From Patescibacteria group bacterium (GTDB lineage: Bacteria; Patescibacteriota; Saccharimonadia; Saccharimonadales; UBA4665): a stretch of 64,000 nucleotides of DNA. The stretch is from NCBI GenBank assembly GCA_035479615.1, contig DATIIM010000019.1:29590-93589 (forward strand), read 5' to 3'. Numbering within the stretch: the first letter of the stretch is position 1; every line of letters starts with the position of its first letter. Shown one piece after another: positions 1 to 8,615 of the stretch. The notes below the pieces were generated by a model, which saw only the letters and a list, made by a program, of their open reading frames with translations, was not told where the DNA came from and ran no database searches. Both the position numbers and the translations under genes were made by a program.

Positions 1-2
1 CA

Positions 3-182
3 GATACATACATGGTGCGTACCCGCTACCGTGCCGAACTGCTTGACGTTAGCAGCCTGCGCCAGCTAGCAGATGGCAACTGGCACATGGTGCTGCACGA
101 TGAAGTCCGGGCGCTCACCGCAGGCCAGTCGGCCGCCCTTTACCAGGGCGACCGGGTTGTTGGCAGCGGCATCGTTATATAA
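3..182 (+). CDS. mnmA: tRNA-specific 2-thiouridylase MnmA, C-terminal fragment (gene starts before the window)
   Basis: Manual translation from position 3: ...VRTRYRAE...EVRALTAGQSAALYQGDRVVGSGIVI*, matching the MnmA C-terminal R.RYR and R..T.GQ.A..Y.G....G.G.I pattern. TAA at 180-182. Not in the ORF track. Confidence 0.85.
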   Translation, partial: DTYMVRTRYRAELLDVSSLRQLADGNWHMVLHDEVRALTAGQSAALYQGDRVVGSGIVI

Positions 183-188
183 CGGCCG

Positions 189-3100
189 TTACGGCTTGAT
201 CTTAATGTCTCCTTGGCCGACGTCATCGGACATCTGGTAGAGTGGTGCCGCAGTGTTCGGGTCGGCATTTTGTGCGTAGATTTTGATTGCAAAGTGGTCG
301 GTGGTTGTGGGGTTGAACCGGTCGCCATCCAGGGCTGTAACCCGGAAGGTAACAGTTGTAGTCACTCCGTCGATAGTTAGCGTAGCCGTACCTTGGAAGA
401 TGCCCTCAGATTGGTTCGTGCCATCTACTACGAGCCAGGAAATGTTCGTGGCATCTAGTTTAAAGCTGTGACAGTTGACCGCTTGGTTAGGGTTGTTGCA
501 GTGCGTCCCGGTGGAGTAGTCCAGCCTAAGGTCACTGCCGGCAGCAACTACACCCTGGTTATTGTATTTGACGTTGAAGGCAAAGGTTGCTTTGTCGGTC
601 TGGTTGTTGCTTATTAAGCCAGGTAAGTTGTCGCCATTGGCGAGCAAAGGCACGAACGTCCGTTTGCCAGTGATACTGGCTCCGTTCGGGTCATAGACTA
701 CCAGGAAGTCGGTAACAACCGCACTCCAGTTGCCAGCGTTGTCTTTGGCGCGGACGTTGACCCGGTATACACCAGGCTGCAGCGTGGTGCCGAATGTTGT
801 GGTCAGGCTGCCGGAGCCCAGTGCCATAGCAGTGCCATTTCCGGCGCCGGGGTCTGTATCGCCCAAGAAGTATTCACCGCCGACTACTCCTGACAGGTTA
901 TCGCTCACGCCGACTGTTAGCAGTGAGGTCTGGCCGATAGCCTTGGGGTTTTGTGACCATGTTGGCGCAGTTGTAGCCGGGGCGGTGCTGTCGTATTTGA
1001 CCGTAACCGAGTGGCTGGCGGTGCCGCCAGTGCTCGTGGCGCTACAGGTGTAGGTCACTCCAGATGTGTCGGTCGAGATCGTAACCGTGTCGCAGCCTGT
1101 CTGGCTCGTTATGGCTGACTCAGGGTCGGTGACGCTCCAGGTGAGGGTTACCGGGCTATTGTTCCAACCGGCAGCATTGGGCTGTGAACTGAGGTTATAG
1201 CTAATTTGCGGAGCTGTAGTGTCGGCCGGGGCCGGTGGTTGCAGGAATACATACTGGACCATTTGTGAACCGGTTGCCGTAAGGCTTACCGTGACCGGAG
1301 TGTAGTTTTCGGGGTATATCTGGATGCTGTACGTAGCTCCAGGCAAAACGTATCCAGGGTATCCGCCTGAGAAGTAGCCATAAATGCTGCCTCCACCTGT
1401 CCAGTGCATTGTCGTGCCACCGCCGAGGTCAAAGGTGCCGGTAGTAATCTGGTTGGGTATGTATATGCCCGGCGTGCTGAGCGGCACGCCGTTCGGGTCA
1501 ATGACGTTGAATGTCAGCCGTGTTACAGGGATGTTAAACACCGGCGTATTAGTCTCAGTGAAGGTAATGAGCTGGTCGGTTTGGGCAGTGAAAGTGCTTG
1601 GCAGTTGGCTTGAGTACCCGCCGCCATTAGATGTGCAGTACATACCAATAAAGTTGCAGTTTAGCTGTACATAGTATTGGTATGTCTCGGGGTTTGGATT
1701 TTCGTTGTTGATCGTGAAGCTAAAGTTACCATTATCATCAACGGCGATATCTTGAACGACATTGCCACTGGCGTTGAGAAGCTTAACATTTGTCCCAAAG
1801 TAGCGGTTGCCCCCATGCTGGGCATCGCCGCCTAAGGGCTGACCGTCGATCTGCAACTGTCCGTGATACACGTGGTTGTACGTGACTGGTATGGGGTCGG
1901 TCAGGGTGACGGTTTGCGTCATTTGGCCGCCGGTCGCGGTCAAATGTACTGTTACGGGGAAGTATCCGTCGCCATAGACCTGTATGTCATAGGTGCCGCC
2001 TTCGATAACATACCCTGGGTACCCGCCGGAGTAGTATCCATATACACTCGTGCCGCCCGACCAATCCATGGTTATACCAGGTGCAACCTCAACAGTGCCC
2101 GAGGTTGCCTGGCTCGGTATGTATGCCCCAGTATTGGCGATAGGGTTACCATTCGGGTCAACGGTATTAAACGTCAGGTGAGTCACCGGAATCGCAAACG
2201 CCGCAGTGTCAGTTTCGTTAAACGTAACGAGCTGGTTCGTTGTTGCCGTAAATGGGCTTGGTAGTTTGTTGGAATAGCTCGTATTACCATCAGTGCAGTA
2301 CTGGTTAAAGTCGCAGACGATCTGGACGTAGTATTGGTAGGTTGCAGGATCGGGGTCACTCGTTGTCCGATTGAAACTAAAGTTACCGTTATCATCGACC
2401 GCAATACTATCTACTACATTGTGGTTCGCATCGAGGAGTCTTACGTTAGCCCCAAAATAGCGATTACCACCATGCTGTGCGTCGCCACTGAGCGGAGCGC
2501 CATTAATAGATAATGATCCGTGATACACGTGGTTGTAGGCAACAGGTACAGGGTCGGTAAGTACAACTGTCTGGGTCATTTGACTACCCGTTGCGGTCAG
2601 ATGTACCGTTACGGGATAATACCCATCGCCATACACTTGTATGTCGTATGGGCCGCCGGGAAGCACATACCCTGGGTAGCCTCCAGAGAAAAACCCATAG
2701 ACACTATCACCGCCCGACCAATCCATCGTAACGCCAGATGCAACCGTAAAGCTGCCAGTCACGGGTTGGTGTGGGATGTATGCCCCAGTATTGGCGATAG
2801 GGTTACCATTCGGGTCAACGGTATTAAACGTCAGGTGAGTCACGGGAATGTCGAAAGCCGGTGTGGTTGTCGTGGTAAACGTAACGAGCTGGTTCGTTGT
2901 TGCCGTGAAAGTGCTTGGCAGCTTGCTGGAATACCCTCCACCGCCATCAGTGCAGTACATATTAACGAAGTTGCAATTAACCTGGACGTAGTATTGATAT
3001 TCGGCAGGGGTGGGATCGGTAGTGCTGCGGGTGAAGCTAAAATTACCATTATCATCAACGGCAATGCTATCCACGGTATTGTGGTTCGTATCAAGCAGGG

Positions 3101-3584
3101 CGATGTTGGCCCCGAAGTACCGGTTGCCCCCATGCTGGGCATCACCGGCTAGTGGCGCGCCGTCTAGCGATAGCTTACCCTGGTAGGTGTGCGTGTAGTA
3201 AGTGGGTGTTGGATTGCTTGGAGCGAGGGTTACATTGACGACCTGGCTTGAGTTAAGATCGACGTTGGGCAAGTTAGACACCAAGAAATCACTGCCCGCG
3301 GGTGGTGTGACCCGTACATTATAGGTATTGGGCGGTATGGCGGTTACGACATAGTCGCCGGTGCTCCCTGTAGTGGCAGTAGCAACAACACTTGCTGTGT
3401 TGGTGTCGAGGACATCGACTGTTGCGCCAACGACTGCCGCCGAGGGTGTACCGCCGGTTACTTGGCCGCTGAGTTGCGAGTCAAGGGCAAAGGCTTTGCC
3501 CGGGTTTGCCAGTAATAGGAAACCAAACACAATGGGCAGGAACAGGAGTGCTTTTGCCCTAAAAAGTTTAGTGATGCGCTGCAT
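189..3584 (-). CDS. Large secreted/surface protein: signal peptide, carboxypeptidase-regulatory-like Ig domain, three ~219-aa repeats, Ig-like and beta-rich C-terminal domains
   Basis: The ORF track gives 189..3620. Preferred start is MQRITK at 3584 (purine-rich GGGGGGAAC upstream), followed by a hydrophobic segment and an AFA cleavage-like site. The motif GDAQHGGNRYFG and a Cys pair occur three times. Confidence 0.8.
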   Translation of the reverse strand: MQRITKLFRAKALLFLPIVFGFLLLANPGKAFALDSQLSGQVTGGTPSAAVVGATVDVLDTNTASVVATATTGSTGDYVVTAIPPNTYNVRVTPPAGSDFLVSNLPNVDLNSSQVVNVTLAPSNPTPTYYTHTYQGKLSLDGAPLAGDAQHGGNRYFGANIALLDTNHNTVDSIAVDDNGNFSFTRSTTDPTPAEYQYYVQVNCNFVNMYCTDGGGGYSSKLPSTFTATTNQLVTFTTTTTPAFDIPVTHLTFNTVDPNGNPIANTGAYIPHQPVTGSFTVASGVTMDWSGGDSVYGFFSGGYPGYVLPGGPYDIQVYGDGYYPVTVHLTATGSQMTQTVVLTDPVPVAYNHVYHGSLSINGAPLSGDAQHGGNRYFGANVRLLDANHNVVDSIAVDDNGNFSFNRTTSDPDPATYQYYVQIVCDFNQYCTDGNTSYSNKLPSPFTATTNQLVTFNETDTAAFAIPVTHLTFNTVDPNGNPIANTGAYIPSQATSGTVEVAPGITMDWSGGTSVYGYYSGGYPGYVIEGGTYDIQVYGDGYFPVTVHLTATGGQMTQTVTLTDPIPVTYNHVYHGQLQIDGQPLGGDAQHGGNRYFGTNVKLLNASGNVVQDIAVDDNGNFSFTINNENPNPETYQYYVQLNCNFIGMYCTSNGGGYSSQLPSTFTAQTDQLITFTETNTPVFNIPVTRLTFNVIDPNGVPLSTPGIYIPNQITTGTFDLGGGTTMHWTGGGSIYGYFSGGYPGYVLPGATYSIQIYPENYTPVTVSLTATGSQMVQYVFLQPPAPADTTAPQISYNLSSQPNAAGWNNSPVTLTWSVTDPESAITSQTGCDTVTISTDTSGVTYTCSATSTGGTASHSVTVKYDSTAPATTAPTWSQNPKAIGQTSLLTVGVSDNLSGVVGGEYFLGDTDPGAGNGTAMALGSGSLTTTFGTTLQPGVYRVNVRAKDNAGNWSAVVTDFLVVYDPNGASITGKRTFVPLLANGDNLPGLISNNQTDKATFAFNVKYNNQGVVAAGSDLRLDYSTGTHCNNPNQAVNCHSFKLDATNISWLVVDGTNQSEGIFQGTATLTIDGVTTTVTFRVTALDGDRFNPTTTDHFAIKIYAQNADPNTAAPLYQMSDDVGQGDIKIKP

Positions 3585-3605
3585 GTTCCCCCCTGAGATG
3601 TAAAG

Positions 3606-3650
3606 TGACTTATAAGTCAATAATAGGTAGCGCGTTGCAACTTAGTCAAT
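3606..3650 (-). promoter_or_regulatory. Putative sigma70-type promoter of the surface-protein gene with an overlapping 14-bp palindrome
   Basis: On the minus strand TTGACT (3645-3650) and TATTAT (3621-3626) are 18 nt apart. The perfect palindrome TGACTTATAAGTCA lies at 3606-3619. Confidence 0.45.
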
Positions 3651-3842
3651 ACATAGTTAGGACAGTTACGCCAATTTGTTGCACCGGGCTTGCGTTTGCC
3701 TACTCTTATGTTCTTGTTGGATATTCTACTACATTCCGTTAACGCGCCTCGGGGTGACTTCCCAAGTAGCAAGGGGTTGCATTGGCCTGATACAATAGAA
3801 GAGCGTAAGCATTAACATAAACTAAAAACGTAAGGAGGGCTT

Positions 3843-4271
3843 ATGGGCCTCTTCAGTCATGACGACGACAAAAAAGACGAACAGGCAATGCCCGACCAGG
3901 GTGCAGCTCAAGCACCCGTAGACAATGGTGCTATGGGTGGTGCAGCAATGCCCGGTGCTGGTAGCGACGCTGCTGGCGGCGTACCTGGTGCAACCGATGC
4001 AGGTGCTCCTGCTCCTATGGGCGGTGCAGACGCTGGTGCAAGCCAGTGGAGCACAGGTCCTTCAGCTGGCGGTGCAGACGCTGGTGCTGGTGCAGGTGAT
4101 GCAGCGGCAGCCGGTGGCATGGCCGACGAATCAGCCGGTAGTGCTGCTGGTGAACCAACCATTCCTGCAGCTCCTGAAGCCCCGGCAGCCGGTGGCGACG
4201 CGCCTGCGGCAGGTGCTGATCCTGCAGCGGACCCCGCAGCTGGTGGCGGCGAAGAACCCAAGAAGTGGTAA
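3843..4271 (+). CDS. Low-complexity acidic Ala/Gly/Pro/Asp-rich protein, probably disordered
   Basis: 142-aa ORF with a strong SD (AAGGAGG) upstream and an intrinsic terminator downstream. A 20-bp direct repeat (4020-4039, 4068-4087) encodes GGADAGA twice. Confidence 0.75.
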   Translation: MGLFSHDDDKKDEQAMPDQGAAQAPVDNGAMGGAAMPGAGSDAAGGVPGATDAGAPAPMGGADAGASQWSTGPSAGGADAGAGAGDAAAAGGMADESAGSAAGEPTIPAAPEAPAAGGDAPAAGADPAADPAAGGGEEPKKW

Positions 4272-4291
4272 TCTAAGCATCCATTACTGCC

Positions 4292-4322
4292 AAGAGGCCC
4301 GCCACTTGCGGGCCTCTTTTTA
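4292..4322 (+). terminator. Rho-independent terminator
   Basis: AAGAGGCCCGC-cactt-GCGGGCCTCTT followed by a T tract. Confidence 0.85.
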
Positions 4323-4359
4323 TTACCCCGGTACTCATCTGATATAATTAAGGGCAATT

Positions 4360-6249
4360 ATGAACGCACAAGACATACGAAACGCTTATTTAGATTTTTT
4401 CAAGAACCGTGGACACCGTGTGATTCCTCGTGCGCTTTTAGTGCCGCAGAATGACCCGACCACATTGTTTACCGGCTCCGGCATGCAGCCAATGATCCCG
4501 TACCTGTTGGGTGAGACACATCCGGAAGGCGCGCGCATTGTTGATAGCCAGACATGCCTGCGCGCCCAAGATATCGAAGAAGTTGGCGATAACCGCCACA
4601 CCACGTTTTTTGAGATGATCGGCAACTGGTCGCTTGGCGATTACTTCAAAGCTGAGCAAGTGGCGTGGATGTGGGAGTTTTTAACAGAGGTCGTCAAGCT
4701 CGACCCCAGCAAGCTCTACATTACTTGTTTTATCGGTGCTCCTGAATACGACATTCCAAAAGACACCGAAGCTGCCGAAATGTGGCAGAAACTGTTTGAA
4801 GCTAAGGGTCTCAGTTCTGGTGTCGCCGATATTGGCTCCGAGGAAGATGGCTACAAACGTGGTATTAACGACGGTGAGCGCATCTTCTATTACGACGGCA
4901 GCAAAAACTGGTGGAGCCGCAATGGCAACCCTGAAAAAACACCGGTGGGCGACCCCTGCGGCCCGGATAGCGAAATGTTCTACGACTTTGGCACACCGCA
5001 CAACCCAGAATACGGCGAACACTGCCACCCCAACTGTGACTGCGGCCGGTTCATGGAAATCGGCAACAACGTCTTTATGGCCTACCGCAAAGAAGCCGAA
5101 GGCAAGTTCGTACCGCTTGAAAAGCCAAACATCGACCACGGTTCTGGCCTGGAGCGCATTGCCGCCGCAGCCTTAGACGACCCAGACGTGTTCAAAATTA
5201 GCTTGCTGTGGCCAATTATCACCAAGCTGGAAGCTATTTCTGGCAAAACCTACGACAGCAACACCAACGCCATGCGCGTGATCGCCGACCACCTGCGCGC
5301 TGCCACATTCTTGGCTGTCGACGGCATCAAGCCAAGCAATAAAGAACAAGGTTACGTTATGCGCCGCCTGGTGCGCCGCGCGGTCCGTTTCGCGTTCGAC
5401 CTGGGCATTGAGCAGAACTTCTTGCAAGAGGTTGTCCCAGTCATCACCGGCATGTATGCCGCTGATTTCCCCGAAATTGTTGCCCAAAACGAAGAAGTTA
5501 TCGAAACACTGGTGCGCGAAGAAAAGGTCTTCCGCCAAACGCTCCGTAAGGGCATCCACGAAATGTCCAAGATGGCCGCCGGGGGCTTAACCGGTGAAGA
5601 AGTGTTCAAGTTGTATGACACTTACGGTTTCCCCGTAGAATTAAGCGTCGAAGAGGCCTTTACTCAGGGCATTGCCGTTGATGAACATTGGCGCGAGCAA
5701 TTCGAGACCAGGATGAAAGAACAGCGCGAGCGTTCACAAACTGCTACCAAAGGTACGTTTAAGGGCGGCTTGGGCGGTCAAACTGAACAGCACAAGAAGT
5801 ACCATACTGCCACGCACCTGATGTACCAGGCATTGCGCCAGGTATTGGGTGATCATGTCGTGCAGAACGGTTCCAACATCACCGAAGAGCGCCTGCGGTT
5901 TGACTTTAGCCACCCGCAAAAGGTGACCCCTGAAGAGATCAAACAAGTTGAAGACATTGTGAACGAACAGATCGGCAAAGATCTGAAAGTAAGCTGGGCC
6001 GAATACCCAACCAAGGTCGCCCGCGAAGAGATGGGTGCGCTCGGCCAGTTTGGCGACCGCTACGGCGACACAGTCAAAGTCTACAAAATGATCGCCGATG
6101 GCGCCGACAAACCATTTAGTTTTGAAATCTGTGGCGGCCCGCATGTTGACCACACCGGCCAACTTTCCGAAGATGGCAAGCACTTCAAGATCATAAAAGA
6201 AGAAGCTAGCTCCGCAGGCATCCGCCGCATCAAAGCAGTATTAGTTTAA
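4360..6249 (+). CDS. alaS: Alanine--tRNA ligase, lacking the C-Ala domain
   Basis: N-terminal DPTTLFTGSGMQP, GDNRHTTFFEMIGNWSLGDYFK, IDHGSGLERI, the editing-domain motifs HTATHL and CGGPHV, and a C-terminal SAGIRRIKA. 629 aa. Confidence 0.97.
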   Translation: MNAQDIRNAYLDFFKNRGHRVIPRALLVPQNDPTTLFTGSGMQPMIPYLLGETHPEGARIVDSQTCLRAQDIEEVGDNRHTTFFEMIGNWSLGDYFKAEQVAWMWEFLTEVVKLDPSKLYITCFIGAPEYDIPKDTEAAEMWQKLFEAKGLSSGVADIGSEEDGYKRGINDGERIFYYDGSKNWWSRNGNPEKTPVGDPCGPDSEMFYDFGTPHNPEYGEHCHPNCDCGRFMEIGNNVFMAYRKEAEGKFVPLEKPNIDHGSGLERIAAAALDDPDVFKISLLWPIITKLEAISGKTYDSNTNAMRVIADHLRAATFLAVDGIKPSNKEQGYVMRRLVRRAVRFAFDLGIEQNFLQEVVPVITGMYAADFPEIVAQNEEVIETLVREEKVFRQTLRKGIHEMSKMAAGGLTGEEVFKLYDTYGFPVELSVEEAFTQGIAVDEHWREQFETRMKEQRERSQTATKGTFKGGLGGQTEQHKKYHTATHLMYQALRQVLGDHVVQNGSNITEERLRFDFSHPQKVTPEEIKQVEDIVNEQIGKDLKVSWAEYPTKVAREEMGALGQFGDRYGDTVKVYKMIADGADKPFSFEICGGPHVDHTGQLSEDGKHFKIIKEEASSAGIRRIKAVLV

Positions 6250-6254
6250 GCCGC

Positions 6255-7364
6255 TCATATTTCGACAGTATCTGCCAGGCCAAGCTGCGCCAGGTAGCGT
6301 TGGAAGTTATCGGCAGCCAAGTGTAGCTGCTCGCCAGCGCGGAACAAATGTTCGCCCGCGTTGCCAAAGGCCGCCTGCAATCCCGCAGTTTGGTCACTCC
6401 CGTCGGTCGCGCTGGCGAGCGTGTCATTGGCCCTGCCAAACTGGTCAATGGTGGCTTGCAGAGTGGGGAAGGGCAGCGCGTCTATTACGCCTGCTACTTC
6501 CATGCCGACAGCTAATACACTGTTGGTTTCGTTGCTGGTCGCGCCGGCTGCGGGTGTAATTGTTGGTGCTGTGGGCCACTTAGGCGCGTAGCTGCGGACT
6601 TGGTTGGATATTTCGCCGGCTGTGGCTTCGGGGGCGAGGCCAAACATTTGTTCCATCTGGTTCATCCAAGGCATATATGTCGGGTCAAAGAACGATTCAT
6701 GCCCGTCGAATACAAATATCCCGCCGCTCACTAACCTTCCCAGAACGTTTGCCATAATGCGGTTCCGGGATTTTTCTGAACAGTGGTAAAGCAGATTGTT
6801 CATAAGAATTACATCATAGGGGCCGCCTGGCGGCGGGCCTTCAATGATGTCGTGTTCCATGAACCGTACATGTTCGTGGTAGGCCGCGTTGCCGCGCCAT
6901 CTGCCGGGCTCGGCGGGTTCAAACAGCGGGCGCAGCAACTCCCGCTGTTTCTCGTTCCCCAATTCGTTTTCGTAATATGTTGCCCGACGGGCCTGCCGAA
7001 TTGCATCAGGGTTAACGTCGTAGGCGTCGATGGAAAATGGTATCCCGTAACGGGTAAACCATGCGGCCATGGTTGCTGTTTCGTGGCCGGTAGAGCAGGC
7101 AATTTGCCCGACACGTAGCCGCTTACGCCCTAATTGCTGTTGGAGGGTGGGCGCCGTATCCCGCGCAAACACCTCCAGATTAGCGCTGCGGAAAGTGTTG
7201 GTGCGATCGGTAACGGGGTGCGCTCGGAAGCCTCTCACCAGGTCATCTATGGAATCGTCGGGACGCTGTGCCGCCCGCCAGGCGAGTTTTTCACGCCCCC
7301 GTGCGCCGTATAAATCTTCGGCCGCAGCGAGTGCTTTTTCCCAATCTTCAGCCGACCTGCTCAT
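6255..7364 (-). CDS. CheR-family SAM-dependent methyltransferase fused to a C-terminal helical module
   Basis: CheR-like motifs TNTFR, QIACSTGHE, DAYDVNPDAIRQAR, VRFMEHDI and YDVILMNNLLYH. Start is 7364 (MSRSAEDW) or 7391 (ORF track). Confidence 0.75.
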   Translation of the reverse strand: MSRSAEDWEKALAAAEDLYGARGREKLAWRAAQRPDDSIDDLVRGFRAHPVTDRTNTFRSANLEVFARDTAPTLQQQLGRKRLRVGQIACSTGHETATMAAWFTRYGIPFSIDAYDVNPDAIRQARRATYYENELGNEKQRELLRPLFEPAEPGRWRGNAAYHEHVRFMEHDIIEGPPPGGPYDVILMNNLLYHCSEKSRNRIMANVLGRLVSGGIFVFDGHESFFDPTYMPWMNQMEQMFGLAPEATAGEISNQVRSYAPKWPTAPTITPAAGATSNETNSVLAVGMEVAGVIDALPFPTLQATIDQFGRANDTLASATDGSDQTAGLQAAFGNAGEHLFRAGEQLHLAADNFQRYLAQLGLADTVEI

Positions 7365-8472
7365 GCGGCGCTCTGCTCCCGTCGTAGCCAATATCGGCTA
7401 GGTAATTATCAAAGTCGCTGGTGGCTTTATATAAAAGGTCTTCAATTGCCCGTAGCCGAGAGAAGGCCAGGTTGAGCGTACTGAATCGTTCGCGCAGATG
7501 GATATACCCCACGGTATCTTCCAGAATATCCCGGCTGGCCACTAGTTTGTCTTGTGCTGCTTGTATCTCCGGGAACGGTATCGAATTTACGGCGTCCAGT
7601 ACGCAGGCACCAATGTTGGCCACCGTGTTGCCGTCGGGTGCAATGGTGGCGCGTTCGGCAAGTGTGGATTGGACAGGCGTGGTGTAGGGTTTGGGCCGGT
7701 AACGCCGTATGGCATTGCCTGTATCTTGTTGTGAATCAAGCAGGGTCAGTCCAAAGCGGTGAGCCAGACCTCTTCTCCATGGTATGTAGGTTGGCTCCGC
7801 AATCGCAGCAACTGGCGGATCAAAAATCAGTACGCCATGTGCGGTATCGAGCGCCGCGAGTATATTGCTAAGCATGCGATCTCTGACAGGGTTGGCGTAA
7901 TGGAAAAACAAGTTTTTGGCTATCAGTACATCGTACGGGCCGCCTGGCAGTTGTTGCCTGCGTGCATCGTAATGGCTAAATGTCGCCCGGTCCCGAAGGG
8001 CGGCAACTGGTCTTATGTGGGTGGGGTCGACTTGTTCGAACAGGTGAGCCACGCCAAGTTTCTCGGCCCTTTCTTTTTGCACATTCCTGAAATTGGGGTA
8101 GACGGCTCGATCAGCGTCTGCCAATGAGCCTCGGTGGATATCAAAGCCGGCTATGGTGAAGTCGACCCCTGCCTTTTCTAGCAGCGCGGCTACTGTCCAT
8201 GTCTCTTCACCATCACTGCAGGCAATTTGCCCAATATTCAAACGCCGGCCGAGTGCTTCCTGTAAGTCTGGTGCTACCTCTGCTGCAAACACTTCTAAGT
8301 CGCTGGAACGGAAAAATGTAGTCGTGAGTGTGGTAGGTCGCTCAGCGGCTTGTTCTACAACCCAATCGGGCGGGGCGTCCGGATAGAAATGCTCATCGTA
8401 CATGAATTCCTTACGGCCCAGCTGGCTGAAATCACTATATATATCTCCCCATGTCGGGGCTGGCTCTGTCAT
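7348..8472 (-). CDS. Second CheR-family methyltransferase fused to a C-terminal helical module
   Basis: Motifs TTFFR, QIACSDGEETW, GFDIHRGSLADA and YDVLIAKNLFFHY. Likely start is MTEPAP at 8472, 7 nt downstream of TACAAT (8480-8485). The ORF track extends to 8553. Confidence 0.78.
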   Translation of the reverse strand: MTEPAPTWGDIYSDFSQLGRKEFMYDEHFYPDAPPDWVVEQAAERPTTLTTTFFRSSDLEVFAAEVAPDLQEALGRRLNIGQIACSDGEETWTVAALLEKAGVDFTIAGFDIHRGSLADADRAVYPNFRNVQKERAEKLGVAHLFEQVDPTHIRPVAALRDRATFSHYDARRQQLPGGPYDVLIAKNLFFHYANPVRDRMLSNILAALDTAHGVLIFDPPVAAIAEPTYIPWRRGLAHRFGLTLLDSQQDTGNAIRRYRPKPYTTPVQSTLAERATIAPDGNTVANIGACVLDAVNSIPFPEIQAAQDKLVASRDILEDTVGYIHLRERFSTLNLAFSRLRAIEDLLYKATSDFDNYLADIGYDGSRAPHEQVG

Positions 8473-8615
8473 GCACGCCATTGTAGCGTTTTTTGCAATT
8501 ATTTCCATATATGTTTTTGCTCGTCCTCTCTGGAGTGCAGTAAGGAAGTTCACAGCGAGTTAATATCACACTGCTATAATGCCTAGTCGCCAGGCCTTCG
8601 GGAGGTGGCCCCACA

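Noticed and set aside
3908-4357. Alternative-frame ORFs over the low-complexity gene (3908..4357 minus, 3925..4347 plus)
   Set aside because: Only the 3843 frame has an SD and ends just before the terminator; the others are by-products of repetitive sequence.
6255-8553. Chemotaxis operon
   Set aside because: Only CheR-like genes are present; cheA, cheB, cheW, cheY and MCP genes are absent from the window.
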